A program made the translations under genes and the position numbers. Below are positions 27,963 through 36,600 of a stretch of 64,000 nt of DNA, piece after piece (positions within the stretch are counted from its first letter, which is position 1; every line of letters starts with the position of its first letter). The notes beneath the pieces were generated by a model that ran no database searches, had not been told where the DNA came from, and saw only the letters and a program-made list of their open reading frames with translations. Source of the stretch: Dehalococcoidia bacterium (lineage in GTDB: Bacteria; Chloroflexota; Dehalococcoidia; Lucifugimonadales; Australimonadaceae); NCBI GenBank assembly GCA_022449765.1, contig JAKUPZ010000005.1, forward strand, positions 2,285-66,284, read 5' to 3'.

Positions 27963-29134
27963 TGATGAAATAATCGAGTACCTGAAAGAGACATGGTCAT
28001 ACCGTAGTTGTCACAAGCTTTAACTACATCTTCATCTCTTACTGAACCACCAGGCTGAACAACAAACTGGACACCGCTCATATATGCTCGATCAATATTA
28101 TCTCGAAATGGGATAAATGCGTCAGAAGCCATTGCAACCCCAGAAATAGTATCTAACCATTTACGCTTTGCGTCGGGCGACAGCCTTGTTGGCGCATTAT
28201 TGAATGACTGCTTCCAAATTAAATCTTCCTCTGGGGATAAATCGTCTCGTAGGAAGCCGTCTATAGCATTATCTTTTTCTGGTCGGCCAAGCCTTTCAAC
28301 AAAATCCAAATTGAGGGTGTTGGGATGTTGCCTTAAATACCAGATATCAGCTTTACTCCCTGCTAATCTCGTACAATGTATTCGTGATTGTTGGCCAGCA
28401 CCGTTACCGATAACCTGGCCATCGTAAGCAAAGCAGATAGAGTTTGACTGTGTGAATTTCAGAGTAATTAGTGCAACAATAAGATCTCTTTGAGCCGAAT
28501 CGGGAAGGATTTTGTTAGCGGTAACGACATTTTGGATCTGTTCGTGCCAATTTTTTGTTATATTTCGCCCTTGCTTTAACTTTACTCCAAATATTGTTCT
28601 CGTCTCCTCGTCGTCCGGAATGTAATTCTCATCTACTTCAAGCATGCAATATCTGCCGTTTTGTTTTTGCGATAATATTTCGTACGCTTGGTCACTGAAG
28701 CCTGGCGCTATCACTCCGTCAGACACCTCTCGCCTAATTAATTTTGCAGTGGATTCATCGACTTCATCAGAAAGTGCAATCCAATCACCAAAAGAGGAAA
28801 CACGATCTGCACCACGAGCCCTCGCGTATGCAATAGCCAATGGTGAAAGATCTAAATTCTCGACAAAATAGGCTTTCGCAAGTTGCTCACTAAGAGGGAC
28901 TGCTATAGCAGCCCCTGCGGGGCTTACATGTTTGAACGAAGTTGCTGCTGGCATACCAGTAGCTTTTTTCAGCTCCTTAACTAACTGCCAGGAATTTAAG
29001 GCATCAAGCAAATTAATGAAGCCCGGTGAACCATTTTTCACCTGAAAAGGGAGCGAACCAGATTCCATATATGCACTTGCCGGTACTTGATGAGGGTTCA
29101 TACCATAGCGCAATACGAGTTCATTTTTTTGCAT
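27959..29134 (-). CDS. AICAR formyltransferase-domain protein (PurH C-terminal domain only, no IMP cyclohydrolase/MGS domain)
   Basis: MQKNELVLRYGMNPHQ.., ..SFKHVSPAGAA.., ..GQQSRI.. and C-terminal ..RLFHH match the AICARFT half of PurH. At 391 aa it is too short to include the N-terminal IMPCH domain. Confidence 0.8.
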   Translation of the reverse strand: MQKNELVLRYGMNPHQVPASAYMESGSLPFQVKNGSPGFINLLDALNSWQLVKELKKATGMPAATSFKHVSPAGAAIAVPLSEQLAKAYFVENLDLSPLAIAYARARGADRVSSFGDWIALSDEVDESTAKLIRREVSDGVIAPGFSDQAYEILSQKQNGRYCMLEVDENYIPDDEETRTIFGVKLKQGRNITKNWHEQIQNVVTANKILPDSAQRDLIVALITLKFTQSNSICFAYDGQVIGNGAGQQSRIHCTRLAGSKADIWYLRQHPNTLNLDFVERLGRPEKDNAIDGFLRDDLSPEEDLIWKQSFNNAPTRLSPDAKRKWLDTISGVAMASDAFIPFRDNIDRAYMSGVQFVVQPGGSVRDEDVVKACDNYGMTMSLSGTRLFHH

Positions 29135-29149
29135 GTTACTTTTACTTTC

Positions 29150-30442
29150 CTAAATTTTTATCGTTAACTCTGAAATGTTCTCCACCAAGCTTTTAATCTC
29201 GTCCAAAAATGCGCTGGCTTCTGCACCATCGCAGACCCGATGGTCAAATGAAATACACATATTCATAATTGAACGAACCCCTATCACGTCTCCGGTCAAT
29301 ACAACTGGGCGTTTCACGATTGCTTCAGTAGTCAAAATTGCAGATTGGGGATGATTAATTATTGGCACCGACGCAATAGATCCCAATGCTCCAGTGTTGT
29401 TTAATGTAAAAGTTCCGCCCTGAACATCACTCAGGGCTAGGCTTCCAGACTTCGCGCTTTTTATTAGCCGGTTTAATTCCATTGCAATTTCACGAATGTT
29501 GAGATCATCAGCATTGTGTATAACAGGAACGATTAAGCCTTCATCTGTAGAGATAGCGATCCCTAAATTAACTCTCTTGTTGATCACTATTTCGTCTTTG
29601 TCCCACCTACCATTCAAGCGCGGGTTAGACTTCAATGCACTGCATACAAGTTGAATCCAAAATGGCATAAATGTTAATGACACTTTATTTTCAGATTCAA
29701 ACTGGCCTCTTAATTTGGATCGCAGCTCAACCAAGCCTGTTACGTCCAGTTCAACCATCGACCACGCTGAAGGTATTTCGGATGCAGACCTAGACATATG
29801 ATCTGCAATAGAGCGGCGAATAGCGCTTATGTGTATTTTTGAGGTCTCAGGCTCTTCATTTTGATTAGGCAAACCCAGTGCTGTTTCCTTCTCAGAAATA
29901 TAGTCCTCTATGTCTTTTTTTGTAACTCTCCCACCAATACCGGAGCCAATTAAATTTGCTACATCAATATTATTTTGCATTGCAATTTTAGCGACCAAAG
30001 GGGAAATCACTTTTTTACGATCCTGCGCTGAAGCAACCTCCTGATACGTATGAGGTAACTGATGTTCGGGCTGCATCGATTCTTGCAGAGCATCCCGACG
30101 ACCTTCACCCCCTTCACCGGAACCTGTCGGCCCTACGCTGCGAACGCTATCCATAAATTCAAATTTTGAAGGCGGGGTTTTTTCATCATCCTGCGTGATG
30201 GCATTCTGGTCTTCTATCTCGCAGATTGGGCTACCCATAGGAACTACTTCGCCTTCTTCTACCAGTGCCTTTATAAAAACACCTGCAAAAGGCGATGGTA
30301 TTTCCATGCTAACCTTGTCTGTAACTACCTCTACTATAGGATCATAACGGTCAACCCATTGCCCTGGTGATACAAGCCATTTACCTATAACGCCTTCCGT
30401 TACAGATTCTCCAACTTGAGGTAAATCCACGGTAGTAATCAT
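29150..30442 (-). CDS. 2-oxoacid dehydrogenase E2 (dihydrolipoamide acyltransferase)
   Basis: N-terminal lipoyl domain (..VVTDKVSMEIPSP..), E3/E1-binding domain (SPLVAKIAMQNNIDV..), catalytic domain with ..DHRVCDGA... Confidence 0.9.
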   Translation of the reverse strand: MITTVDLPQVGESVTEGVIGKWLVSPGQWVDRYDPIVEVVTDKVSMEIPSPFAGVFIKALVEEGEVVPMGSPICEIEDQNAITQDDEKTPPSKFEFMDSVRSVGPTGSGEGGEGRRDALQESMQPEHQLPHTYQEVASAQDRKKVISPLVAKIAMQNNIDVANLIGSGIGGRVTKKDIEDYISEKETALGLPNQNEEPETSKIHISAIRRSIADHMSRSASEIPSAWSMVELDVTGLVELRSKLRGQFESENKVSLTFMPFWIQLVCSALKSNPRLNGRWDKDEIVINKRVNLGIAISTDEGLIVPVIHNADDLNIREIAMELNRLIKSAKSGSLALSDVQGGTFTLNNTGALGSIASVPIINHPQSAILTTEAIVKRPVVLTGDVIGVRSIMNMCISFDHRVCDGAEASAFLDEIKSLVENISELTIKI

Positions 30443-30443
30443 T

Positions 30444-31427
30444 TTAATAAGAAAGAAGCTCCCTTAATTTGGTCTCTATTTTTTCAGAAGTTGGCATGTA
30501 GACTGATTCCAAGGTAGGAGCAAACGGCATTGCGGGAATTTCAGGACCAGTACAGCGCATTATAGGAGCATCCAAGCTTTCAAATGAGTGTTCTGAAATC
30601 AATGCACTAACTTCCGATCCTACCGAAACAGCAGCGTTATCCTCTTGAACAATAAGAACTCTATTAGTTTTTTGGACTGACGTAATAATTGTTTCAATAT
30701 CTATGGGGCGGACTGTTCTCAGATCAATAATCTCAATTTTTATTCCATCTTTAGCCAAAATTTCTGCGGCTTGGAGAGAGTAATGTAAAGTCAGACCATA
30801 AGTGACAATTGTTGCATGCTCACCTTCTAGTTTTACATCAGCCGACCCTATAGGAATAACATAATCTTCATCGGGAACTTCACCGCGAACCGAGCGATAT
30901 GTTCTCTTATGTTCCAGCACTATAACCGGGTCATCATCTCTAATAGCAGATTTCAGCAAGCCTTTTGCGTCATAAGGCGTTGCAGGAATTACCACTTTCA
31001 ACCCCGGCGTATGCGCAAAAAATGATTCGACGCTTTGAGAGTGATACAAGCCTCCGCGTACATGCCCTCCATAGGGAGAGCGAACAACCATAGGAACGTT
31101 CAGTTTCCCTTTTGTTCCATACCTCACTCGAGCTGCTTCACCGACTAATTGGTTAATTGTAGGCCAAATAAAGTCCGCAAACTGTATTTCTGCAATCGGC
31201 CGTAGCCCGTGCATCGCAGACCCTACTGCTATTCCTGCAATAGAGGCTTCTGCAAGGGGGGTATCCAATACTCTCGCTGAACCAAATTCTTCAATAAAGC
31301 CCTTAGTTGCAAGGAAAACTCCTCCCCTTTTGCCAACATCTTCGCCCATAACAAAAACTGATGAGTCGCGACGCATTTCTTCTAGCATCGCCTCCCTTAC
31401 AGCTTCAATTAAAGTAATGGTTGCCAT
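30444..31427 (-). CDS. 2-oxoacid dehydrogenase E1 component beta subunit
   Basis: 327 aa. ..VFVMGEDVG..GGVF.. and ..FADFI.. are typical of E1-beta of PDH/BCKDH. Confidence 0.9.
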   Translation of the reverse strand: MATITLIEAVREAMLEEMRRDSSVFVMGEDVGKRGGVFLATKGFIEEFGSARVLDTPLAEASIAGIAVGSAMHGLRPIAEIQFADFIWPTINQLVGEAARVRYGTKGKLNVPMVVRSPYGGHVRGGLYHSQSVESFFAHTPGLKVVIPATPYDAKGLLKSAIRDDDPVIVLEHKRTYRSVRGEVPDEDYVIPIGSADVKLEGEHATIVTYGLTLHYSLQAAEILAKDGIKIEIIDLRTVRPIDIETIITSVQKTNRVLIVQEDNAAVSVGSEVSALISEHSFESLDAPIMRCTGPEIPAMPFAPTLESVYMPTSEKIETKLRELLSY

Positions 31428-31429
31428 GA

Positions 31430-32440
31430 TTAACTATCCTGCACAACGCCCGAGTAAACGTCATGGTCGCTAGGAAAATCTGCGCTATCGGCTCGGTCAG
31501 TTGCCGAATCAATTTCTCGTTTAGCGTCGGTATGCAATTCATTGTCCTTCGCAGGAGATAAAATCCCCTCTTCTTCTAACAATTGCTTAAGTTTTTTCAA
31601 GGGGTCGCGTAGTTTTGCTTGCGCAATTTCATCCTGGTCCCGATAAACACTATCGTCGTCATCACTGGTGTGTGGCAGGTACCTTTCTAAGTCAAATTCC
31701 ACAAGAGTAGGGCCTCCACCATTTTGCGCCAACGAAACAGCTTCAGAAGCTACTCGGTATGACGCAGCAACGTCAGTTCCATCTACTGTAAAACCGGGCA
31801 TACCATACCCTTCGGCGCGGAGCGAAATGCGACTTATAGCCATTTGGGAAGACTGTGGTACGGAAATGGCATATTTGTTATTTTCGACAAAGAAAACAAT
31901 AGGCAATTTATGGATAGAAGCAAAATTCATAGCTTCATGAACTTCACCCTGGCTGGTAGTTCCATCTCCAAAATAGCAAGCTACGACAGTCTGCTCATCT
32001 TGCATTTTTGATGCAAGAGCCCACCCTACTGCATGCGGAACGTGCGTCCCTATAACATTTGACTGATTAATAATTCTTAATTCTGGAGATGCCCCATGCT
32101 GGGGAAATTGACGTGCTCCAGATAGCGGCTCTCCATCTTTTGCTAAAAATCCTCTAATTGATTGTTCAGGAGTAAGTCCAAGTGCAGTTGTGACTGCCAA
32201 ATCACGATAATATGTAAAACACATGAAATCGGTAGCGTATTTCCGAAGTGCCCATACAGACGCTAGTTGAGCAGCCTCGTGTCCTTGGCATGAAGCAACA
32301 ATGGCTGCCTTGCCCTGGCGGTTCATCATCCACACTCTCTCATCAAGCGTACGGACCAAAACCATTGCAGCATAGATATCTAATAAATCTTCTTTAGTAA
32401 GATCACCAATGTTATTTTTCAAAGATTTAGCATTCGTCAT
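31430..32440 (-). CDS. 2-oxoacid dehydrogenase E1 component alpha subunit (ThDP-dependent)
   Basis: ThDP motif ..YFGDGTTSQGEVHEAMNFA..VFFVENNKYAIS... 336 aa. Confidence 0.9.
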   Translation of the reverse strand: MTNAKSLKNNIGDLTKEDLLDIYAAMVLVRTLDERVWMMNRQGKAAIVASCQGHEAAQLASVWALRKYATDFMCFTYYRDLAVTTALGLTPEQSIRGFLAKDGEPLSGARQFPQHGASPELRIINQSNVIGTHVPHAVGWALASKMQDEQTVVACYFGDGTTSQGEVHEAMNFASIHKLPIVFFVENNKYAISVPQSSQMAISRISLRAEGYGMPGFTVDGTDVAASYRVASEAVSLAQNGGGPTLVEFDLERYLPHTSDDDDSVYRDQDEIAQAKLRDPLKKLKQLLEEEGILSPAKDNELHTDAKREIDSATDRADSADFPSDHDVYSGVVQDS

Positions 32441-32524
32441 AGAACCTGATTATCAGTCAGACTAAAAAGATTCGCTAGAGCCCTTCAAAGCCAATTGTTC
32501 GCTACAATAGGGTCGGAGTTCAAA

Positions 32525-33700
32525 TTGAGTAAATCTACTGACATCTTAATCCGCTTCCACGAGATAGGGCTTAAAGGAAAAAATCAGCCTCTTTTTGTCA
32601 GGCATCTCGCAGAAAATCTCAGAAGAGTAACTGCAGGGTTAGGCGTAGAGGAAGTTCAGTCTGTTCGAATGTTGATTAAGCTCAAGCTTTCTGAGAATGC
32701 GGATTGTGAGCAGGTGATAAAAGCTGCCCAAACTGTTTTTGGTGCTGTCAAAATATCGCCAGCCATAAGAGTCGCATCTGAATATCAAGCGATCACAGAA
32801 GCCGCGATTAATTTAGCGAACCTGAAGCCTTTCTCAAGCTTCAGGATATCTGCGAACAGAGCAGATAAAAAATTCCACATGAACTCTAGTGAGCTAAATG
32901 CAAGCATAGGTCAACTAATCGCAACTAAATTTAAAGCGAAGGTAGATTTATCAAACCCTGAGCTCAATATCCATATTGAAATTCAAAAAAATGATTCCTT
33001 CGTTTACTCCGAAGATTATCGCGGAGCTGGAGGGTTACCTGTAGGTACGGCAGGCAAAGTTGCTGTTCTGATGTCCGGCGGTATCGATTCTCCTGTAGCA
33101 GCATGGAGAATGCTAAAAAGAGGATGTAAGGCAGTACTAGTTCATTTCCATTCATTCCCGCTGGTAGAAGGTCGTTCCAGAGAGAAAGCTCAAGAGCTAG
33201 CCAGGGTTTTAAATCTATATCAATATGATACTAAATTGTTTTTGGTTCCTTTTGCAGAAATTCAAAAAAGAATACTCTTAGAGGTTCCTGGACCCTTAAG
33301 AGTCGTTGCCTACCGAAGGCTAATGATTCAAATTACGGAAGCTATTGCAAAAATCGAGGGAGCTAAGGCATTGGTAACTGGTGAGAGCGTAGGACAAGTA
33401 GGGTCACAAACCCTACAGAACATCTCGACTGTCTCGGAACCAGCTACTTTACCTATATTCAGGCCGTTAATTGGAATGGATAAAATAGAAATCATCGACC
33501 AAGCGAAAGCTATAGAAACTTACAGCATTTCCATTTTGCCTGATGAGGACTGTTGCACGCTTTTTGTTCCTAAATCACCCTCAACTGCAGTCAAACCATA
33601 TGAAATAGTCGAATACGAAAAAAAATTACCTATTAAAGAGCTTATAAGTAACGCTCTTCATGAAAGCGAATTGTTTGAATATCACCTGCCAAGTAGTTAA
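32525..33700 (+). CDS. thiI: tRNA 4-thiouridine(8) synthase ThiI (no rhodanese domain)
   Basis: THUMP-type N-terminus (..ILIRFHEIGLKGKN..) and PP-loop SGGIDSPVAAW. TTG 32525 (GGAG 6 nt upstream) is preferred over the ORF-track start 32495. Confidence 0.85.
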   Translation: MSKSTDILIRFHEIGLKGKNQPLFVRHLAENLRRVTAGLGVEEVQSVRMLIKLKLSENADCEQVIKAAQTVFGAVKISPAIRVASEYQAITEAAINLANLKPFSSFRISANRADKKFHMNSSELNASIGQLIATKFKAKVDLSNPELNIHIEIQKNDSFVYSEDYRGAGGLPVGTAGKVAVLMSGGIDSPVAAWRMLKRGCKAVLVHFHSFPLVEGRSREKAQELARVLNLYQYDTKLFLVPFAEIQKRILLEVPGPLRVVAYRRLMIQITEAIAKIEGAKALVTGESVGQVGSQTLQNISTVSEPATLPIFRPLIGMDKIEIIDQAKAIETYSISILPDEDCCTLFVPKSPSTAVKPYEIVEYEKKLPIKELISNALHESELFEYHLPSS

Positions 33701-33766
33701 TTTCCAGCTCAGTTTGACTTAGCAGGGCCTCAATGGTAGAAGCCTTTGCACAAGGGGAGGTGAAAA

Positions 33767-34555
33767 ATGTCGCGAGAATTAGACGAAATCAAAAGAGAGG
33801 TGGCAATAGCCAATCGAGTGTTAGCTGATATGGGGCTTGCGACTCATATTCTTGCTTCCTTGGGCCACGCTAGTCTTCGCGTTCCCAATCAGCCTAATCT
33901 TTTTGTAGTCAAAGGCCGCGGGTATGAAACTGATGCTCTGCATGTCGCGAAACCAGAAGAGATGATAGTGGTAGATACTGACGGTGAGTATATTGATGGG
34001 CCGAAAGGCACTTCACAATGCTATGAAGTGAAAATGCACTCTTGTATATACCGAGAGCGACCTGAGGTTATGTCAATTGTTCACACCCACCCAAGGTATA
34101 CCAACGTACTTGGGTTAAACGATGTCAAACTTAAGCCAATGTCCAACGAAGGTCATCAGTTGGTGCGAAATGAAATTCCTGTATTCCCTCATTCCAAATT
34201 GATTATTACGGAAGAAGATGGAATGGAAGTTGTCAGTGCCATGGGGGAAAATAGCGTAATGCTCCTGCAGGGGCACGGCGCGGTAACTACAGGCAGCAAC
34301 CTGGAAGCATCAGTGATGAATATGCTTCATCTTGAAGAGCAATCAAAGCTCAATTGGTATGCACTCTGCGCATTCGGACCGAATTACAAGGGCATATCTG
34401 ATGAAAGTATGGATGAATTCGCAAGGGGCTTTTCTGAAATGCGTAATGCACCACATTTAGCATCCCCGCTTAGCAAGATGCCAACTTTACATGTTGGGGG
34501 TGTATGGAAGTATTACACAGATTTAGCAGCCCAAGTATTGGACAAAAGCAATTAA
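33767..34555 (+). CDS. Class II aldolase/adducin family protein
   Basis: ..SIVHTHPRYTN.. and ..LLQGHGAVTTG.. are metal-binding His motifs of the class II aldolase fold. SD GGGGAGGTG upstream. Confidence 0.8.
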   Translation: MSRELDEIKREVAIANRVLADMGLATHILASLGHASLRVPNQPNLFVVKGRGYETDALHVAKPEEMIVVDTDGEYIDGPKGTSQCYEVKMHSCIYRERPEVMSIVHTHPRYTNVLGLNDVKLKPMSNEGHQLVRNEIPVFPHSKLIITEEDGMEVVSAMGENSVMLLQGHGAVTTGSNLEASVMNMLHLEEQSKLNWYALCAFGPNYKGISDESMDEFARGFSEMRNAPHLASPLSKMPTLHVGGVWKYYTDLAAQVLDKSN

Positions 34556-34568
34556 TTGAAAGGCGATT

Positions 34569-35357
34569 ATGGGTTCTTCTATAGAAATAAATACTGATAA
34601 TTCAATAGGTACTATCACCTTGAATAGGCCTGATCAGCTCAACGCTATTAATTTTGAAATGTGGGGTGAATTAAAAGCTGCGGCCGAACAATTATCTGGA
34701 GATCCAAACGTCCGTATTGTGATATTAAGAGGCGCTGGGGACAAAGCGTTTTCATCGGGTGCAGATATAAAGGATTTCCCTGCTCATAGGAGCTCAAGCT
34801 CATTAGCGCGAGAATATGCAAAATCTTTTGAAGGCGCTTTGGATGCAGTCGAATCGATGCCAAAGCCGACAATTTCAATGATTAATGGAATTTGCATAGG
34901 TGGTGGCTGTGAACTCTCTATGGCTACTGACCTACGGATCGCATCTACTTCAAGTGTTTTTGCGGTGCCCGTAGCAAAAATTGGAGTACTGGTTGGATAT
35001 AACGAAATGCGCCGATTAGTTCAATTGGTTGGACGTGGTCACGCCTCAAATCTCCTCTTAACCGCACGAAAAATTGATGGCTATGAAGCATTACGCATTG
35101 GCCTAATCACTGATCTTGTAAACCAGGAAAATCTTGTAGATTTTACTTACAAATTGGCTCTAGATATTGCAAGCTATGCACCCCTAACTCAGTCAGGCCA
35201 TAAAAAAATAATGCACACGGTATTGAACAATCCTTCGCTTTCTGCTTTGTCAGAAAAGGAAAAAATTTTGCCACTATCGATATTTGACACTTCGGATGGG
35301 ATGGAAGGTTACCGAGCGTTTGTAGAGAAAAGATCTCCCAAATTTGAGGGGGAATAA
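34569..35357 (+). CDS. Enoyl-CoA hydratase/isomerase (crotonase) family protein
   Basis: ..LNRPDQLNAI.., ..RGAGDKAFSSGADI.. and ..NGICIGGGCELSMATD.. are crotonase-fold oxyanion-hole motifs. Confidence 0.85.
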   Translation: MGSSIEINTDNSIGTITLNRPDQLNAINFEMWGELKAAAEQLSGDPNVRIVILRGAGDKAFSSGADIKDFPAHRSSSSLAREYAKSFEGALDAVESMPKPTISMINGICIGGGCELSMATDLRIASTSSVFAVPVAKIGVLVGYNEMRRLVQLVGRGHASNLLLTARKIDGYEALRIGLITDLVNQENLVDFTYKLALDIASYAPLTQSGHKKIMHTVLNNPSLSALSEKEKILPLSIFDTSDGMEGYRAFVEKRSPKFEGE

Positions 35358-36541
35358 TGACTTCTCCAATGCCGCTAGAGGGGCTAAGGGTACTTGACTG
35401 TACTCAAGTAATGGCTGGTCCCTACGCCACTTTATTGTTGGCAGATATGGGGGCAGAAGTAATTAAAATCGAGAAGCCCTCAGGTGACGATTCACGAAAA
35501 ATGGGACCTCCTTTCATTAATGGAGAATCCGCTGCGTTTCTAGGCATTAATCGTAATAAAAAAAGCGTGGTATTGAATTTGAAAAGCAAGCTCGGACAAA
35601 ATGCTTTCAAAAAAATTGCGCAAGAAGTAGACGTTGTTGCAGAAAATTTCAAACCTGGAGTTATGAAAAAACTAGGCCTAGGAGCTGATGATCTAAGGGC
35701 AAATCACCCTGAATTAATTTATCTCTCGATATCAGGATTTGGGCAAACAGGTCCTTACAATGACCGCCCTGGTTATGATTTACTTGCGCAAGGGATGTCA
35801 GGAATCATGAGTACGACGGGCTACCCTGATTCTCCTCCGGTTAAAGTCAGTATCCCAATTGCAGACTTAAGTGCCGGAATGTATGCCGCGTACGGAGTGC
35901 TATCTGCATATATCCATCGACTCAAAACTGGTGAAGGTCAAGTCATTGATACTTCTTTACTAGAATCTGCAATAGCGCTAACAGTATGGGAATCAGCAGA
36001 GTACTGGGGAAGTAATTCCGTCCCTGAGCCTAAAGGATCCGCACACCGCTTAGTAGCTCCTTACCAGGCAATAGCAAGCTTGGACGGTTTTTTTAATATA
36101 GGAATTGCTAATCAAACTAATTATGAAAGATTTTGCTCCGCTATTAATCGACAAGATTTACTTGAGAACCCTGATTATATTGATAATCCAAGCAGGCTCA
36201 TCCATTATCAAAAACTTACAACGCAAATTGAATTAACAACAAGAGAAAAAACCTCAAGTGAGTGGTTACAAATCCTAAATGCCCATGGAGTGCCCGCAGG
36301 GCCGATCTACTCGATGGATGAAGTTTTTAACGATCCACAGGTGGTTCACAGACAAATGGTCAAAGAACTAGATCATCCAATTGCAGGCCAAATAAAAAAT
36401 TTAGGAATTCCTGTAAAACTTTCAAAAACCTCTGGGTCAATCCGCATGCCTGCACCTACTTTGGGCCAGCATACTGAAGTAGTGTTAAGAGAATTCGGCT
36501 TTCCTGCGGAACTAATCCAAAAAATCGCAGTAGATATTTAA
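35357..36541 (+). CDS. Family III CoA-transferase (CaiB/BaiF)
   Basis: ..LEGLRVLDCTQVMAGPYATLLLADMGAEVIKIE.. and ..SISGFGQTGPY.. with the catalytic Asp region ..YDLLAQGMSG... 1-nt overlap with the previous stop. Confidence 0.85.
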   Translation: MTSPMPLEGLRVLDCTQVMAGPYATLLLADMGAEVIKIEKPSGDDSRKMGPPFINGESAAFLGINRNKKSVVLNLKSKLGQNAFKKIAQEVDVVAENFKPGVMKKLGLGADDLRANHPELIYLSISGFGQTGPYNDRPGYDLLAQGMSGIMSTTGYPDSPPVKVSIPIADLSAGMYAAYGVLSAYIHRLKTGEGQVIDTSLLESAIALTVWESAEYWGSNSVPEPKGSAHRLVAPYQAIASLDGFFNIGIANQTNYERFCSAINRQDLLENPDYIDNPSRLIHYQKLTTQIELTTREKTSSEWLQILNAHGVPAGPIYSMDEVFNDPQVVHRQMVKELDHPIAGQIKNLGIPVKLSKTSGSIRMPAPTLGQHTEVVLREFGFPAELIQKIAVDI

Positions 36542-36600
36542 GCAAAAACACTATTTCCTTGCTATGGTAATGGAATCAATTGACGCTGAATGGAGATTTC

